From Eledone cirrhosa (Eukaryota), in contig OZ024740.1 in the NCBI GenBank assembly GCA_964016885.1, positions 76,632,001 through 76,696,000 on the forward strand: DNA of 64,000 bases, in the 5' to 3' direction. A program made the translations under genes and the position numbers. Positions 1 to 13,029 of the stretch are shown here, one piece after another. The notes under the pieces are model-generated. The model had not been told where the DNA came from. It saw only the letters and a list, made by a program, of their open reading frames with translations, and did not search any database. Within the stretch, counting starts at the first letter, position 1. Each line of letters starts with the position of its first letter.

Positions 1-17
1 ATATGTGCATATGCACT

Positions 18-129
<112 letters not shown>

Positions 130-374
130 ACTACACATTTATGTACACATACTTGCATACATACACACTTATTTATAGACATGGCTGCCTTATTAAGTAG
201 ATCACTTCGCAATCATGTGGTTTGGGGTTCAGACCCACTATGTGGAACCTCAATAAGTGTCCTCTAATCTACCTTTGAGACTGAAATTTCAGAGGGAAAC
301 TCGTCAAAAACCGTGTATACCAGAGGAGGTAAGTCGTCGAAAGCGCTAAGATCGCGATCGATTCTCTACTTTCA

Positions 375-431
<57 letters not shown>

Positions 432-455
432 AAGGGTGTGGGAAATACCAGGTGG

Positions 456-504
<49 letters not shown>

Positions 505-745
505 ATTATTATTAGAAAGTGAGTTTTTTTTTTGCAAAATGAAAAATAACCGAGGTGTCCTACACGAATGAAAGTATAAGGAAAAAAGATGAAATCGAAA
601 ATGCAACTGGAGTCTTTTTTAAAAAAAAAAAAAATTTATTTGGTTCCTTTACCGGTTTCCCAGTTCTTCTGTGATGGAGGGTCTGTGGTTTTTCTCACCA
701 CAGACCTTCCATCTCAATTCTACTTTATATATATATATCTTTATA

Positions 746-781
<36 letters not shown>

Positions 782-787
782 TGTATG

Positions 788-2195
788 TCAGGTCACCAGT
801 TGGTGCTACTGGTAACATGTATTCCAGTACAACCTGTCCCATGGTCGGGTCGTTGGCGACTAAACTGGCAACCCCACCAAGGTTTCTTGGTGAGGAGGGT
901 GACTTTGGACATCCTGCAGGACTAAAAACAAAACCTGTCAAAAGGCAAAGGAGCTCTTAAGAGTCAATGGCCATCCAAAATCACCGGGAGAGATGACCCC
1001 TTAGCCTTTGTCAAGGCAGAATTCTAGGAGAAGGAAAACTCTGATATAACACCTGCAACCCTGATGGTATCCAATGATGTTGACTTGTTCTTCTTTTTGG
1101 TAAATATCATCTTGGTTAAGAGAGTGGGACTGGCTTTGTGCAGTGCCTTTGCTCACTATAAAAGCTTCACGGCACAGGCATTGCTTTATATCTGGAGATC
1201 TCTCTGCATTTGTCGTCACATGGTACCATGGGCCCAGCACTATGTGTCAATAATTGTCACAAGTGTAGTGTTTGTACCAGAGCTTTCAAGTCGCTGGCTG
1301 GACTAAAAAGTCACACTCGTTCAGCGCATCAGTAGGGGTTCTCCTACATGGATATAAAGTAGTGGCCGTACTCGAAAACGAGTTGGCAGCCACCATGTAT
1401 GTATGTATGTATGTATGTCAGGTCACCAGCTTGTGCTACTAGTAACATGTATCCCAGTACAACCTGTCTCATGGTCGGGTCGTTGGCGACTAAACTGGCA
1501 ACCCCACCAAGGTTTCTTAGTGAGGAGGGTGACTTTGGACATCCTGCAGGACTAAAAGCAAAACATGTCAAAGGGTAAAGGAGCTCTTAAGAGTCAATGG
1601 CCATCCAAAATCACCGGGAGAGATGACCCCTTAGCCTTTGTCAAGGCAGAATTCTAGGAGAAGGAAAACTCTGATATAACACCTGCAACCCTGATGGTAT
1701 CCAATGATGTTGACTTGTTCTTCTTTTTGGTAAATATCATCTTGGTTAAGAGAGTGGGACTGGCTTTGTGCAGTGCCTTTGCTCACTATAAAAGCTTCAC
1801 GGCACAGGCATTGCTTTATATCTGGAGATCTCTCTGCACTTGTCGTCACAGGGTACCATGGGCCTAGCACTATGTGTCAATAATTGTCACAAGTGTAGTG
1901 TTTGTACCAGAGTTTTCAAGTCGCTGGCTGGACTAAAAGGTCACACTCGTTTAGCGCATCAGTAGGGGTTCTCCTACATGGATATAAAGTAGTGGCCGTA
2001 CTCGAAAACGAGTTGGCAGCCACCATGTATGTATGTATGTGTCATTAATTGTCGCAAGTGTAGTGTTTGTACCAGAGTTTTCAAGTCGCTGGCTGGACTA
2101 AAAAGTCAGACTCGTTCAGCGCATCGATAGGGGTTCTCCTACATGGATATAAAGTAGTGGCCGTACTCGAAAATGAGTTGGCAGCCACCATGTAT
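788..2195 (+). mobile_element. Tandem array (2 full ~630-bp units + a 3' partial) of a non-autonomous RTE-derived bipartite element, each unit ending in (TATG)n
   Basis: 788-1418 and 1419-2040 are near-identical. Each has an RTE-like 5' UTR motif (CTAGGAGAAGGAAAACTCTGA) and a 3' end encoding a C2H2 remnant ([25 protein letters not shown]) followed by (TATG)n. Another partial copy lies at ~13410-13640. Confidence 0.7.
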
Positions 2196-2229
2196 GTATG
2201 TATGTATGTATGTAAAGATATATATATAT

Positions 2230-2306
<77 letters not shown>

Positions 2307-2510
2307 AAAGGTAAACAGAAATAACAACACAATCGGTACAGTATATGGAAGGAATATATTAGGTTAACGCTTGAAATAGTAGGAAGAGGGTTAGTACTTC
2401 ATCAGAAGAAAGAATGAGAAATTAGAAAGATTGAAATGTGGAATTGGAAAAAATGTTTTTAGAGAAAAATAACAGGTCCATTCATGTTACAATCTCTTGG
2501 AAAACACACA

Positions 2511-2559
<49 letters not shown>

Positions 2560-2561
<2 letters not shown>

Positions 2562-2845
2562 GTAGAGGTTATATTCAATTTGCAAAATATTTTTATAACT
2601 GATATAGAAGCACTCAACAAATTATTGGAGTAAATATACAATATATTAACAAATGGAAACTATATTTATAAAACCATATTTATTTCATTATACATATTTC
2701 AAGGGCCACCAGAGCAAACTATGGTGCGCTTTCATCAGATAAAATATAATATAGGTTAGTTTTATAAATAAATAATGACATACCCTTAAAATATAATATA
2801 GGTTAGTTTTATAAATAAATATTGACATACCCATAAAAAATGCAA

Positions 2846-2850
<5 letters not shown>
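2560..2850 (-). mobile_element. Solo 3' terminus (pLTR) of a Naiad-type Penelope-like element
   Basis: Homologous to the terminus at 33554-33710 / 37620-37860 (shared AAATGGAAACTATATTTATAAAACCATATTTATTTCATTATA); flanked by (TA)n. Confidence 0.75.
2681..2746 (-). ncRNA. Type I hammerhead ribozyme
   Basis: Minus strand reads TATTTTAT-CTGATGA-[AAGCGCACCA...TGGTGGCCCTT hairpin]-GAAAT-ATGT-ATA-ATGAAATA; helix I pairs and the catalytic core is intact. Confidence 0.75.
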
Positions 2851-2920
<70 letters not shown>

Positions 2921-3249
2921 AGTGTACTTAAGAGAGAGTGACAGAGCATGTGTGTGTATTCATACATATATACGTGTATATGCAAGTAGGTGCACCGAGG
3001 TTTCCCACAACTGATGGCTCTGCATATGTTTTACTTGGGACATCATTATGCACTGACATTTGAATTTCTTGTGAACCACGAGTCTATTTCACTCGGCTGC
3101 AATATATTGCAATATATTGCAATCATCTGAATACCTAAACATCCATCGTTGCTGCAGCAACAGAGGTTTTGCCTAATTGTTACTCTGTTTTGCATATATT
3201 TATCTCTTGTTATGAGATCCAAGCAGATTGCAAGTTACTGTGATGATAG

Positions 3250-4430
3250 ACACCGCGGTCACCACTCCATATAGAAGTAAAAAATAGCAGAAGTGATACA
3301 ACTTAAGAAGATTGAAACTAGCTATCTACGAAAGCAATATTTAAGCTGTTTAGTTTAGACAGTAACATATACTTTTGGCTAAAATCCAATTCGAAGTTGA
3401 GCACCCAAACACCACTGGATCCCTCTCGCTACTCAAAGTTACAGAGATAGAATCCATATACACACATTTTACAAGAAGGATGCTTGCAGAGATATTTTTG
3501 TGCATCATGACTCTACCTTTCCCTACAGAGCCAAAATGGCCTATATACGGAATGAGATCTCGCGGATACGTAACAAATGCAGCGAGGGTAGCGACAGACA
3601 TACCAGCACGGTGGAATTTCAGGGAGTTCTCACTGAAAACGACTACCCTACTTCTCTCACCAAATATTGAAATGCCAAGGCTTCAACACTTAAAAGAATA
3701 TGGAGGACACACGCCCCTACAGATAACATATGGTGCCTAAAGCTGCCACATTTCAATCAGAAGATGACAGCTGCCATCAGACAAGCCATCCGAAGGGAAG
3801 GATTGAATATACAGCTGACTCACTTGGGACTCTCATTGAGGAGACTTCTCCACAGACACCAACCCACATACACCCATATGTAACTACTTCCTAATTGTCT
3901 CATCAATAACGCAGAAGTGTGCATGAGAGTGTATGTGGACCATTAGTTCACATGTAACAAATGCAGTGCCTCGGACATCAGAAGTATAATCCGGATGCTG
4001 CACATATAGATCAAGGAGCACATGGCGAACACATGAGAACTGTTAAAAACCATTTTGACAGATGTCGCAGCTAAGACATTGAGGTCACCATAGAGACAAC
4101 AGAAAGGAATATAGGCAATTTAAGAATCAAAAAGGCCATTAACATCAGCCAGGAAAGACTGCAAATAAAAAATAGATTGAAAATGCACGATAGAGTCTGG
4201 TTGCTATAGCGATTTGACGCGTGCATATTTCAGACACGTAGGCCAGTTAAGGAAAAACACATCGATTGTTCGTTTTATACTACTTTGTTTCAGTCTCACA
4301 TTTGAAAAGAGGGTTATAGCCCTGAAATATCTTGTTGAAATACATTGTTATTTGTTCTGTTTTATTTGTCATCATTTGCCCTTTGTATTTTTCTACTTCG
4401 TTGTACCGGCTTTTTGAAATTTATTGTTCT
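3250..4430 (+). pseudogene. Decayed Penelope-like retroelement (RT C-terminus + GIY-YIG remnant)
   Basis: Broken frames read IQFEVEHP..SLSLL, YIRNEISRIRNKCS and FTCNKCSASDIRSIIRMLHI*IKEH (GIY-YIG-like). A degenerate hammerhead-like motif lies at ~4296-4338, followed by (TA)n. Confidence 0.6.
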
Positions 4431-4489
4431 TTTATTATATATATATTTATATATATATATAAACGAACATTTTCGCTCTACATGGCTGA

Positions 4490-5163
4490 ATACAATAAAT
4501 GTAACTTGAGTTTTTCGAATATTAATAATTGTTTCTACTTTAGGCACAAGGCCAGCAATTACCCAGTGCATTACTGGTACTTTATTTTATCGACCCCGTA
4601 AGGATGAAAGGCAAAGTAAACCTCGGCGGGGTTTGAACTCAGACCGTAAAGGGACGTAACTATGCTGGAAAGCATGGCGTCCGACTCTCTACCGATACTG
4701 CCAATCCACTAATAATAACATTCGATTCGTTTGCAATTATGCAAACAAGCCTCACTTTTATAGCCATGTCAGTAGAATGAACCCTTCATTCTTGCTCTTG
4801 TGTTGGCTGTTCACATGCCAACACAAGAGCAAGATTGAAGGGATCATTCTACTGACATGGCTATAAAAGTGAGGCTTGTTTGCATAATTGCAAACGAATC
4901 GAATCCCGCCGAGGTTAACTTTGCCTTTCATCATTACGGGGTCGATAAAATAAAGTACCAGTAATGCACTGGTGAATTTGCTGGCCTTGTGCCAAATGTA
5001 GAAACAATTATTAATATTCTGAGTTCAAATCCCGCCGAGGTTGACTTTGCCTTTCATCCTTACGGGGTCGATAAAATAAAGTACCAGTAATGCACTGGGT
5101 AATTGCTGGCCTTGTGCCTAACGTAGAAACAATTATTAATATTCGAAAAACTCAGATGACATT

Positions 5164-5170
<7 letters not shown>
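4490..5170. repeat. Fold-back structure: inverted Nin-domain SINE copies around a ~180-bp near-perfect palindrome
   Basis: 4491-4643 is the reverse complement of 5018-5170; 4721-4807 is the reverse complement of 4817-4903. SINE core is GCCTTTCATCCTTACGGGGTCGATAAAATAAAGTACCAG. Confidence 0.85.
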
Positions 5171-5254
<84 letters not shown>

Positions 5255-5421
5255 TATATTTATTATATATACAGTATATATATATATCCGCACAAATAAG
5301 TAAAGAAGATGTGTGTGTGTGCATGCATATGTAATTACAGGTATATGTATTCCAGCGAGTGTCTCAATTTCCTATATATATATATATATATATATAGATA
5401 TATATATACACAAACACACAA

Positions 5422-5454
<33 letters not shown>

Positions 5455-6129
5455 CATACATCCCCCCCCCCCACACACATGTATATATATATGTGTGTTC
5501 ATTGTCAGGGAGATGCTGTGTATAGTGTGACTTTAAATAGCAACACACGTTGTGTGTAATGTAAAATACGAACCGAGTATTCCGTGTATTTCCGCTCACC
5601 TCTTAAGGTATGTGTAATAATGGTAGCTGATGTGGTGGTGTTGGTGATGGGGTTGGTGCTATTCATGGTAGGTGTTGGTAGTAGAGGTGATGGTGGTGGT
5701 ACTGTGTTGTGGTGGTATTGTTAGTTATAATGTTGGTAATGGTGGCGGCGGTGGGGATGATCAGAGGCGATTGGTACAGTAGTTTCCTTTGTGATATTAG
5801 TTACTTTTGTTCTTTAGTCCCGATCGAGTTGATCAATGATCAAATATATTCCAGAACTACAATAATGAACAGTTTCAACAGAAACGGTTTGTGCGAATAA
5901 ATCTGGAGGCAATGATGTTTTTACCAAGACCACACTATCAAATGCGTTATTTTCTAGATAGATGACGTATAACTTGAGTTAGATTAGTCTGTCTTTTTTA
6001 GCAGGTCGAAGGGCCACGTAGAAGCTTTTTCATTCGGTTATGATGGAATTGGTTGTGGTAGTGATGGTTGTACTCCTCATGGTCATTGTTGTCTTGTTGG
6101 TAATGGTGGTGGTTGTGTTTCTGGTTTTG

Positions 6130-8510
6130 TGTTGGTCACAGTAGAAGAGTTGATGTTGTTGGTGGTGATATTCCTAGTTTTTGTTATAGTGACATTAGAA
6201 GATTTGAAATTGGTGATGGTCGCATTGCTGGTTTTTGTGATAGTGACATTAGAAGATTTGATGTTGGTGATGGTCGTATTCCTGGTTTTTGTGATAGTGA
6301 CATTAGAAGATTTGATGTTGGTGATGGTCATATTCCTGGTTTTTGTTATAGTGACATTAGAAGATTTGATGTTGGTGATGGTCGTATTCATGGTATTTGT
6401 GATAGTGACATTAGAAGATTTGATGTTGGTGATGGTCGCATTCCTGGTTTTTGTGATAGTGACATTAGCAGATTTGATGTTGGTGATGGTCGTATTCCTG
6501 GTTTTTGTGATAGTGACATTAGAAGATTTGATGTTGATGATGGTCGTATTCCTGGTTTTGGTGATATTGACATTAGAAGATTTGATGTTGGTGATGGTCG
6601 TATTCCTGGTTTTTGTGATAGTGACATTAGAAGATTTGATGTTGGTGATGGTCGTATTCCTGGTTTTTGTGATATTGACAGTAGAAGATTTGAAGTTGAT
6701 GATGGTCGTATTCCTGGTTTTTGTGATAGTGACATTAGAAGATTTGATGTTGGTGATGGTCGTATTCCTGGTTTTGGTGATAGTGACATTAGAAGATTTG
6801 AAGTTGGTGATGGTCATATTCCTGGTTTTTGTGATAGTGACATTAGAAGATTTGATGTTGGTGATGGTCGTATTCCTGGTTTTTGTGATAGTGACATTAG
6901 AAGATTTGATGTTGGTGATGGTCATATTCCTGGTTTTTGTTATAGTGACATTAGAAGATTTGATGTTGGTGATGGTCGTATTCATGGTATTTGTGATAGT
7001 GACATTAGAAGATTTGATGTTGGTGATGGTCGCATTCCTGGTTTTTGTGATAGTGACATTAGCAGATTTGATGTTGGTGATGGTCGTATTCCTGGTTTTT
7101 GTGATAGTGACATTAGAAGATTTGATGTTGATGATGGTCGTATTCCTGGTTTTGGTGATATTGACATTAGAAGATTTGATGTTGGTGATGGTCGTATTCC
7201 TGGTTTTTGTGATAGTGACATTAGAAGATTTGATGTTGGTGATGGTCGTATTCCTGGTTTTTGTGATATTGACAGTAGAAGATTTGAAGTTGATGATGGT
7301 CGTATTCCTGGTTTTTGTGATAGTGACATTAGAAGATTTGATGTTGGTGATGATCGTATTCCTGGTTTTGGTGATAGTGACATTAGAAGATTTGATGTTG
7401 GTGATAGTCGTATTCCTGGTTTTTGTGATAGTGACATTAGAAGATTTGAAGTTGGTGATGGTCGTATTCCTGGTTTTTGTGATAGTGACATTAGAAGATT
7501 TGATGTTAGTGATGGTCATATTCCTGGTTTTTGTGATAGTGACATTAGAAGATTTGATGTTGGTGATGGTCGTATTGCTGGTTTTTGTGATAGTGACATT
7601 AGAATGTTTGATGTTGGTGATGGTCGTATTCCTGGTTTTTGTGATAGTGACATTAGAAGATTTGATGTTGGTGATGGTCGTATTCCTGGTTTTTGTGATA
7701 GTGACATTAGAAGATTTGATGTTGGTGATGGTCGTATTCCTGGTTTTTGTGATAGTGACATTAGCAGATTTGATGTTGGTGATGGTCGTATTCCTGGTTT
7801 TTGTGATAGTGACATTAGAAGATTTGAAGTCGGTGATGGTCGTATTCCTGGTTTTTGTGATAGTGACATTAGAAGATTTGATGTTGGTGATGGTCGTATT
7901 CCTGGTTTTTGTGATAGTGACATTAGAAGATTTGATGTTGGTGATGGTCATATTCCTGGTTTTTGTTATAGTGACATTAGAAGATTTGAAGTTGGTGATG
8001 GTCCAATTCCTGGTTTTTGTGATAGTGACATTAGAAGATTTGAAGTTGGTGATGCTCGTATTCCTGGTTTATGTGATAGTGACATTAGAAGATTTGAAGT
8101 TGGTGATGGTCGTATTCCTGGTTTTTGTGATAGTGACATTAGAAGATTTGAAGTTGGTGATGGTCTTATTCCTGGTTTTTGTGATAGTGACATTAGAAGA
8201 TTTGATGTTAGTGATGGTCGTATTCCTGGTTTTTGTGATAGTGACATTAGAAGATTTGATGTTGGTGATGGTCGTATTCCTGGTTTTTGTGATAGTGACA
8301 TTATAAGACTTGATGTTGGTGATGGTCGTATTCCTGGTTTTTGTGATAGTGACATTAGAAGATTTGATGTTGGTGATGGTCGTATTCCTGGTTTTTGTGA
8401 TAGTGACATTATAAGATTTGATGTTGGTGATGGTCGTATTCCTGGTTTTTGTGATAGTGACATTAGAAGATTTGATGTTGGTGATGGTCGTATTCCTGGT
8501 TTTTGTGAGG
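6130..8510. repeat. 54-bp minisatellite, ~44 copies
   Basis: Unit GTGATGGTCGTATTCCTGGTTTTTGTGATAGTGACATTAGAAGATTTGATGTTG; explains the long ORFs 6083-7951, 6113-8686 and 6129-8306. Confidence 0.95.
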
Positions 8511-8679
8511 GTGTCTGTAGGAGATGTAGTGGTGGTACTCCTGGTTTTTGTGATGGTGACAGTAGGAGATGTAGTGGTGGTGTAATAGTACTGATAATGG
8601 TGCTGGTAATATTGATGCTATTGCTAATTGTGTGGTGCTGTCTGTGTGGAGTGGTGGTTTGCGGTGGTAGTGAGGATGG

Positions 8680-11255
8680 GGTGTAATGGATGATGATAGT
8701 GGCGGTTATAACGGAGGGGCTGTGGGGGTGTAATGGACGATGATAGTGGCGGTTATAACGGAGGGGCTGTGGGGGTGTAATGGATGATGATAGTGGCGGT
8801 TATAACGGAGGGGCTGTGGGGGTGTAATGGACGATGATAGTGGCGGTTATAACGGAGGGGCTGTGGGGGTGTAATGGATGATGATAGTGGCGGTTATAAC
8901 GGAGGGGCTGTGGGGGTGTAATGGATGATGATAGTGGCGGTTATAACGGAGGGGCTGTGGGGGTGTAATGGACGATGATAGTGGCGGTTATAACGGAGGG
9001 GCTGTGGGGGTGTAATGGACGATGATAGTGGCGGTTATAACGGAGGGGCTGTGGGGGTGTAATGGATGATGATAGTGGCGGTTATAACGGAGGGGCTGTG
9101 GGGGTGTAATGGACGATGATAGTGGCGGTTATAACGGAGGGGCTGTGGGGGTGTAATGGACGATGATAGTGGCGGTTATAACGGAGGGGCTGTGGGGGTG
9201 TAATGGATGATGATAGTGGCGGTTATAACGGAGGGGCTGTGGGGGTGTAATGGACGATGATAGTGGCGGTTATAACGGAGGGGCTGTGGGGGTGTAATGG
9301 ACGATGATAGTGGCGGTTATAACGGAGGGGCTGTGGGGGTGTAATGGACGATGATAGCGGCGGTTATAACGGAGGGGCTGTGGGGGTGTAATGGACGATG
9401 ATAGCGGCGGTTATAACGGAGGGGCTGTGGGGGTGTAATGGACGATGATAGTGGCGGTTATAACGGAGGGGCTGTGGGGGTGTAATGGATGATGATAGTG
9501 GCGGTTATAACGGAGGGGCTGTGGGGGTGTAATGGACGATGATAGTGGCGGTTATAACGGAGGGGCTGTGGGGGTGTAATGGATGATGATAGCGGCGGTT
9601 ATAACGGAGGGGCTGTGGGGGTGTAATGGATGATGATAGCGGCGGTTATAACGGAGGGGCTGTGGGGGTGTAATGGATGATGATAGCGGCGGTTATAACG
9701 GAGGGGCTGTGGGGGTGTAATGGATGATGATAGTGGCGGTTATAACGGAGGGGCTGTGGGGGTGTAATGGATGATGATAGCGGCGGTTATAACGGAGGGG
9801 CTGTGGGGGTGTAATGGACGATGATAGTGGCGGTTATAACGGAGGGGCTGTGGGGGTGTAATGGATGATGATAGCGGCGGTTATAACGGAGGGGCTGTGG
9901 GGGTGTAATGGATGATGATAGCGGCGGTTATAACGGAGGGGCTGTGGGGGTGTAATGGATGATGATAGCGGCGGTTATAACGGAGGGGCTGTGGGGGTGT
10001 AATGGATGATGATAGCGGCGGTTATAACGGAGGGGCTGTGGGGGTGTAATGGACGATGATAGTGGCGGTTATAACGGAGGGGCTGTGGGGGTGTAATGGA
10101 TGATGATAGTGGCGGTTATAACGGAGGGGCTGTGGGGGTGTAATGGATGATGATAGTGGCGGTTATAACGGAGGGGCTGTGGGGGTGTAATGGACGATGA
10201 TAGTGGCGGTTATAACGGAGGGGCTGTGGGGGTGTAATGGATGATGATAGCGGCGGTTATAACGGAGGGGCTGTGGGGGTGTAATGGATGATGATAGCGG
10301 CGGTTATAACGGAGGGGCTGTGGGGGTGTAATGGACGATGATAGTGGCGGTTATAACGGAGGGGCTGTGGGGGTGTAATGGATGATGATAGTGGCGGTTA
10401 TAACGGAGGGGCTGTGGGGGTGTAATGGACGATGATAGTGGCGGTTATAACGGAGGGGCTGTGGGGGTGTAATGGACGATGATAGCGGCGGTTATAACGG
10501 AGGGGCTGTGGGGGTGTAATGGATGATGATAGTGGCGGTTATAACGGAGGGGCTGTGGGGGTGTAATGGATGATGATAGCGGCGGTTATAACGGAGGGGC
10601 TGTGGGGGTGTAATGGATGATGATAGCGGCGGTTATAACGGAGGGGCTGTGGGGGTGTAATGGACGATGATAGCGGCGGTTATAACGGAGGGGCTGTGGG
10701 GGTGTAATGGATGATGATAGCGGCGGTTATAACGGAGGGGCTGTGGGGGTGTAATGGACGATGATAGTGGCGGTTATAACGGAGGGGCTGTGGGGGTGTA
10801 ATGGACGATGATAGTGGCGGTTATAACGGAGGGGCTGTGGGGGTGTAATGGATGATGATAGTGGCGGTTATAACGGAGGGGCTGTGGGGGTGTAATGGAT
10901 GATGATAGCGGCGGTTATAACGGAGGGGCTGTGGGGGTGTAATGGATGATGATAGCGGCGGTTATAACGGAGGGGCTGTGGGGGTGTAATGGACGATGAT
11001 AGTGGCGGTTATAACGGAGGGGCTGTGGGGGTGTAATGGATGATGATAGCGGCGGTTATAACGGAGGGGCTGTGGGGGTGTAATGGACGATGATAGTGGC
11101 GGTTATAACGGAGGGGCTGTGGGGGTGTAATGGATGATGATAGTGGCGGTTATAACGGAGGGGCTGTGGGGGTGTAATGGATGATGATAGTGGCGGTTAT
11201 AACGGAGGGGCTGTGGGGGTGTAATGGATGATGATAGTGGCGGTTATAACGGAGG
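8680..11255. repeat. 47-bp G-rich minisatellite, ~55 copies
   Basis: Unit TAATGGAYGATGATAGYGGCGGTTATAACGGAGGGGCTGTGGGGGTG with period 47 (8701 to 8748); only two variable positions seen. Confidence 0.95.
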
Positions 11256-11879
11256 GCTTGTGGAAAGAGTTGCTGAAGAGAAGTAAGAGGGGCAAGGGTG
11301 GAAGTACTGTTGATGAGAGTAGTGGTGGTAATGATGGTAATAGTGAAGGTAGTTATGGTGTAGTGACGGTGACGGTGGCTAAGCGCTGCTATTGCTGGTA
11401 AAAGATGGAGCCGAATGGTATGAAGGTATGAACAGTTACTGTGGTAGTTATGCTAGAGTGTTTGTGGGGTGAGTTGATGGTGAGAGAGGAGGAAAAGTGG
11501 TGATAGTAATGAAATAGGTTAGAGGGAAGGAGAGAAAGAAAGGGTGTTATAGAGAGTATTATGAAATGTTTAGTGTGCAGAGACAAGAAGAGTGAGAGGG
11601 GGTGGGAGGGAGGAGAAAGAATCATAATGTGGAGAGAGATAGTGGAAAATTGAGAGAAGGGAAGATGAGAATAATAAGAGAAGGAGGGGGTAACATGAAG
11701 AAGTAGGATGTATAGAAGATATAGCAAGACAAGCATGTGAGAGGTGGATGAAAAAATGGAGAAACATACCTGGGAATGATAAATAGGAGAGAGTAGAGGA
11801 GAATAGGAGAACAAAGAGAGACATAGATGGAGAGATGTTGAGGGAGAAAGAGACAGGGAGAGAGAGAGAGAGAGAGGGA

Positions 11880-11943
<64 letters not shown>

Positions 11944-11994
11944 CATTCACACGCATACCCTGTGAACAGGTAATATAAGAAGACTACAGCTAAG

Positions 11995-12310
11995 CGCGAG
12001 GGAGCGTGGCATAGTGGTTAGGGTATTCGGTTCACGATTGTAACGTCGTGTGTTCGAGACCCGGGAGCGCGTTGAGTCCTTGAGCAATGCATTTCATTTC
12101 GCGTTGTTCCACCCCACTCAGCTAGCAAAACTGAGTTATAGCCGTAATTCGAAGGGCCAGCCTTGTTACGTTCTGTGTCGCGCTGTATCTCGTTAAGGTT
12201 ACGCAATCTGTGGAATGCCCGGCCACTTTAACGTTAATTGTACGAGCAGGCTTTTTCTTTTATCGAATCAACTGGAACAGTCCTCGTCGTAACCGGTGGA
12301 GGCCCAGTAT
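11995..12310 (+). mobile_element. tRNA-derived SINE
   Basis: A box TGGCATAGTGG, B box GTTCGAGACCC, then a CORE-like GTCCTTGAGCAA...CCACTCAGCT; related copy at ~53720-53960. Confidence 0.75.
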
Positions 12311-13029
12311 ATCTAAGCATACCGAGAACAATAGATTGGTAGAAACTTTAGAGTATCGAACAAAAGGCTGTGCAGTCTTCTTCTTCTTCTTCTTCTTCTT
12401 CTTCTTCTTCTTCTTCTTCTTCTTCTTCTTCTTCTTCTTCTTCTTCTTCTTCTTCTTTTTCTTCTTCTTCTTCTTCATGCTATTCACGTCTATTGGTCGG
12501 CAAATATGCAAGGAACAGATGTGACACATGAGTGTATTTATTCTCACACAGCGCCTCTTTAGCAAATCATTATCACAAATGCTTTCCTAGGGACCAACGC
12601 GTGGAGGTGAGGTTGGTTCGGCCCCCTTTATCCTTTTCGTGTCAATAGATAATATACGAGCATTGGAGTTGATATAATCAACTATTCGTGTGGTGCAAGT
12701 ATTTAGGGAAAATCTAATTAATTTCTTATGTTGGACATAGCAACTTAAAGCTGACCATAGGAGAAGCTCTGTTTCGGATTGATGCCCGACTTCGAAGCGT
12801 TTGCACTAAGGTTTTGTGAATCATCAGAAAAATATTTTGAAAATATTATTTACTGTTTATACATTTGGAATGGCAGTGCATGTATATGTCAGATGTATAT
12901 TTTGGGCATAATTAAAAATTTCTCTTTTTTTGGAGCCATAATCCATAACAACAGGAATAACTATGCTATTGAGGCTTTTACCATTGCAATAGTCTTATGT
13001 TACATAAAATTATTGAAGAAGTAAGAGAA

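Noticed and set aside
310-362. Hammerhead-like CAGAGGA...GAAAGCGCTA
   Set aside because: Core mismatch and no convincing helix I or II.
6113-8686. 857-aa and 725-aa plus-strand ORFs as genes
   Set aside because: By-products of a stop-free 54-bp unit; no non-repetitive domain.
6130-11255. CRISPR-like array
   Set aside because: Contiguous tandem units without unique spacers, no cas genes, eukaryotic context.
11995-12075. tRNA gene
   Set aside because: A and B boxes are present, but there is no full cloverleaf and it continues into a SINE body.
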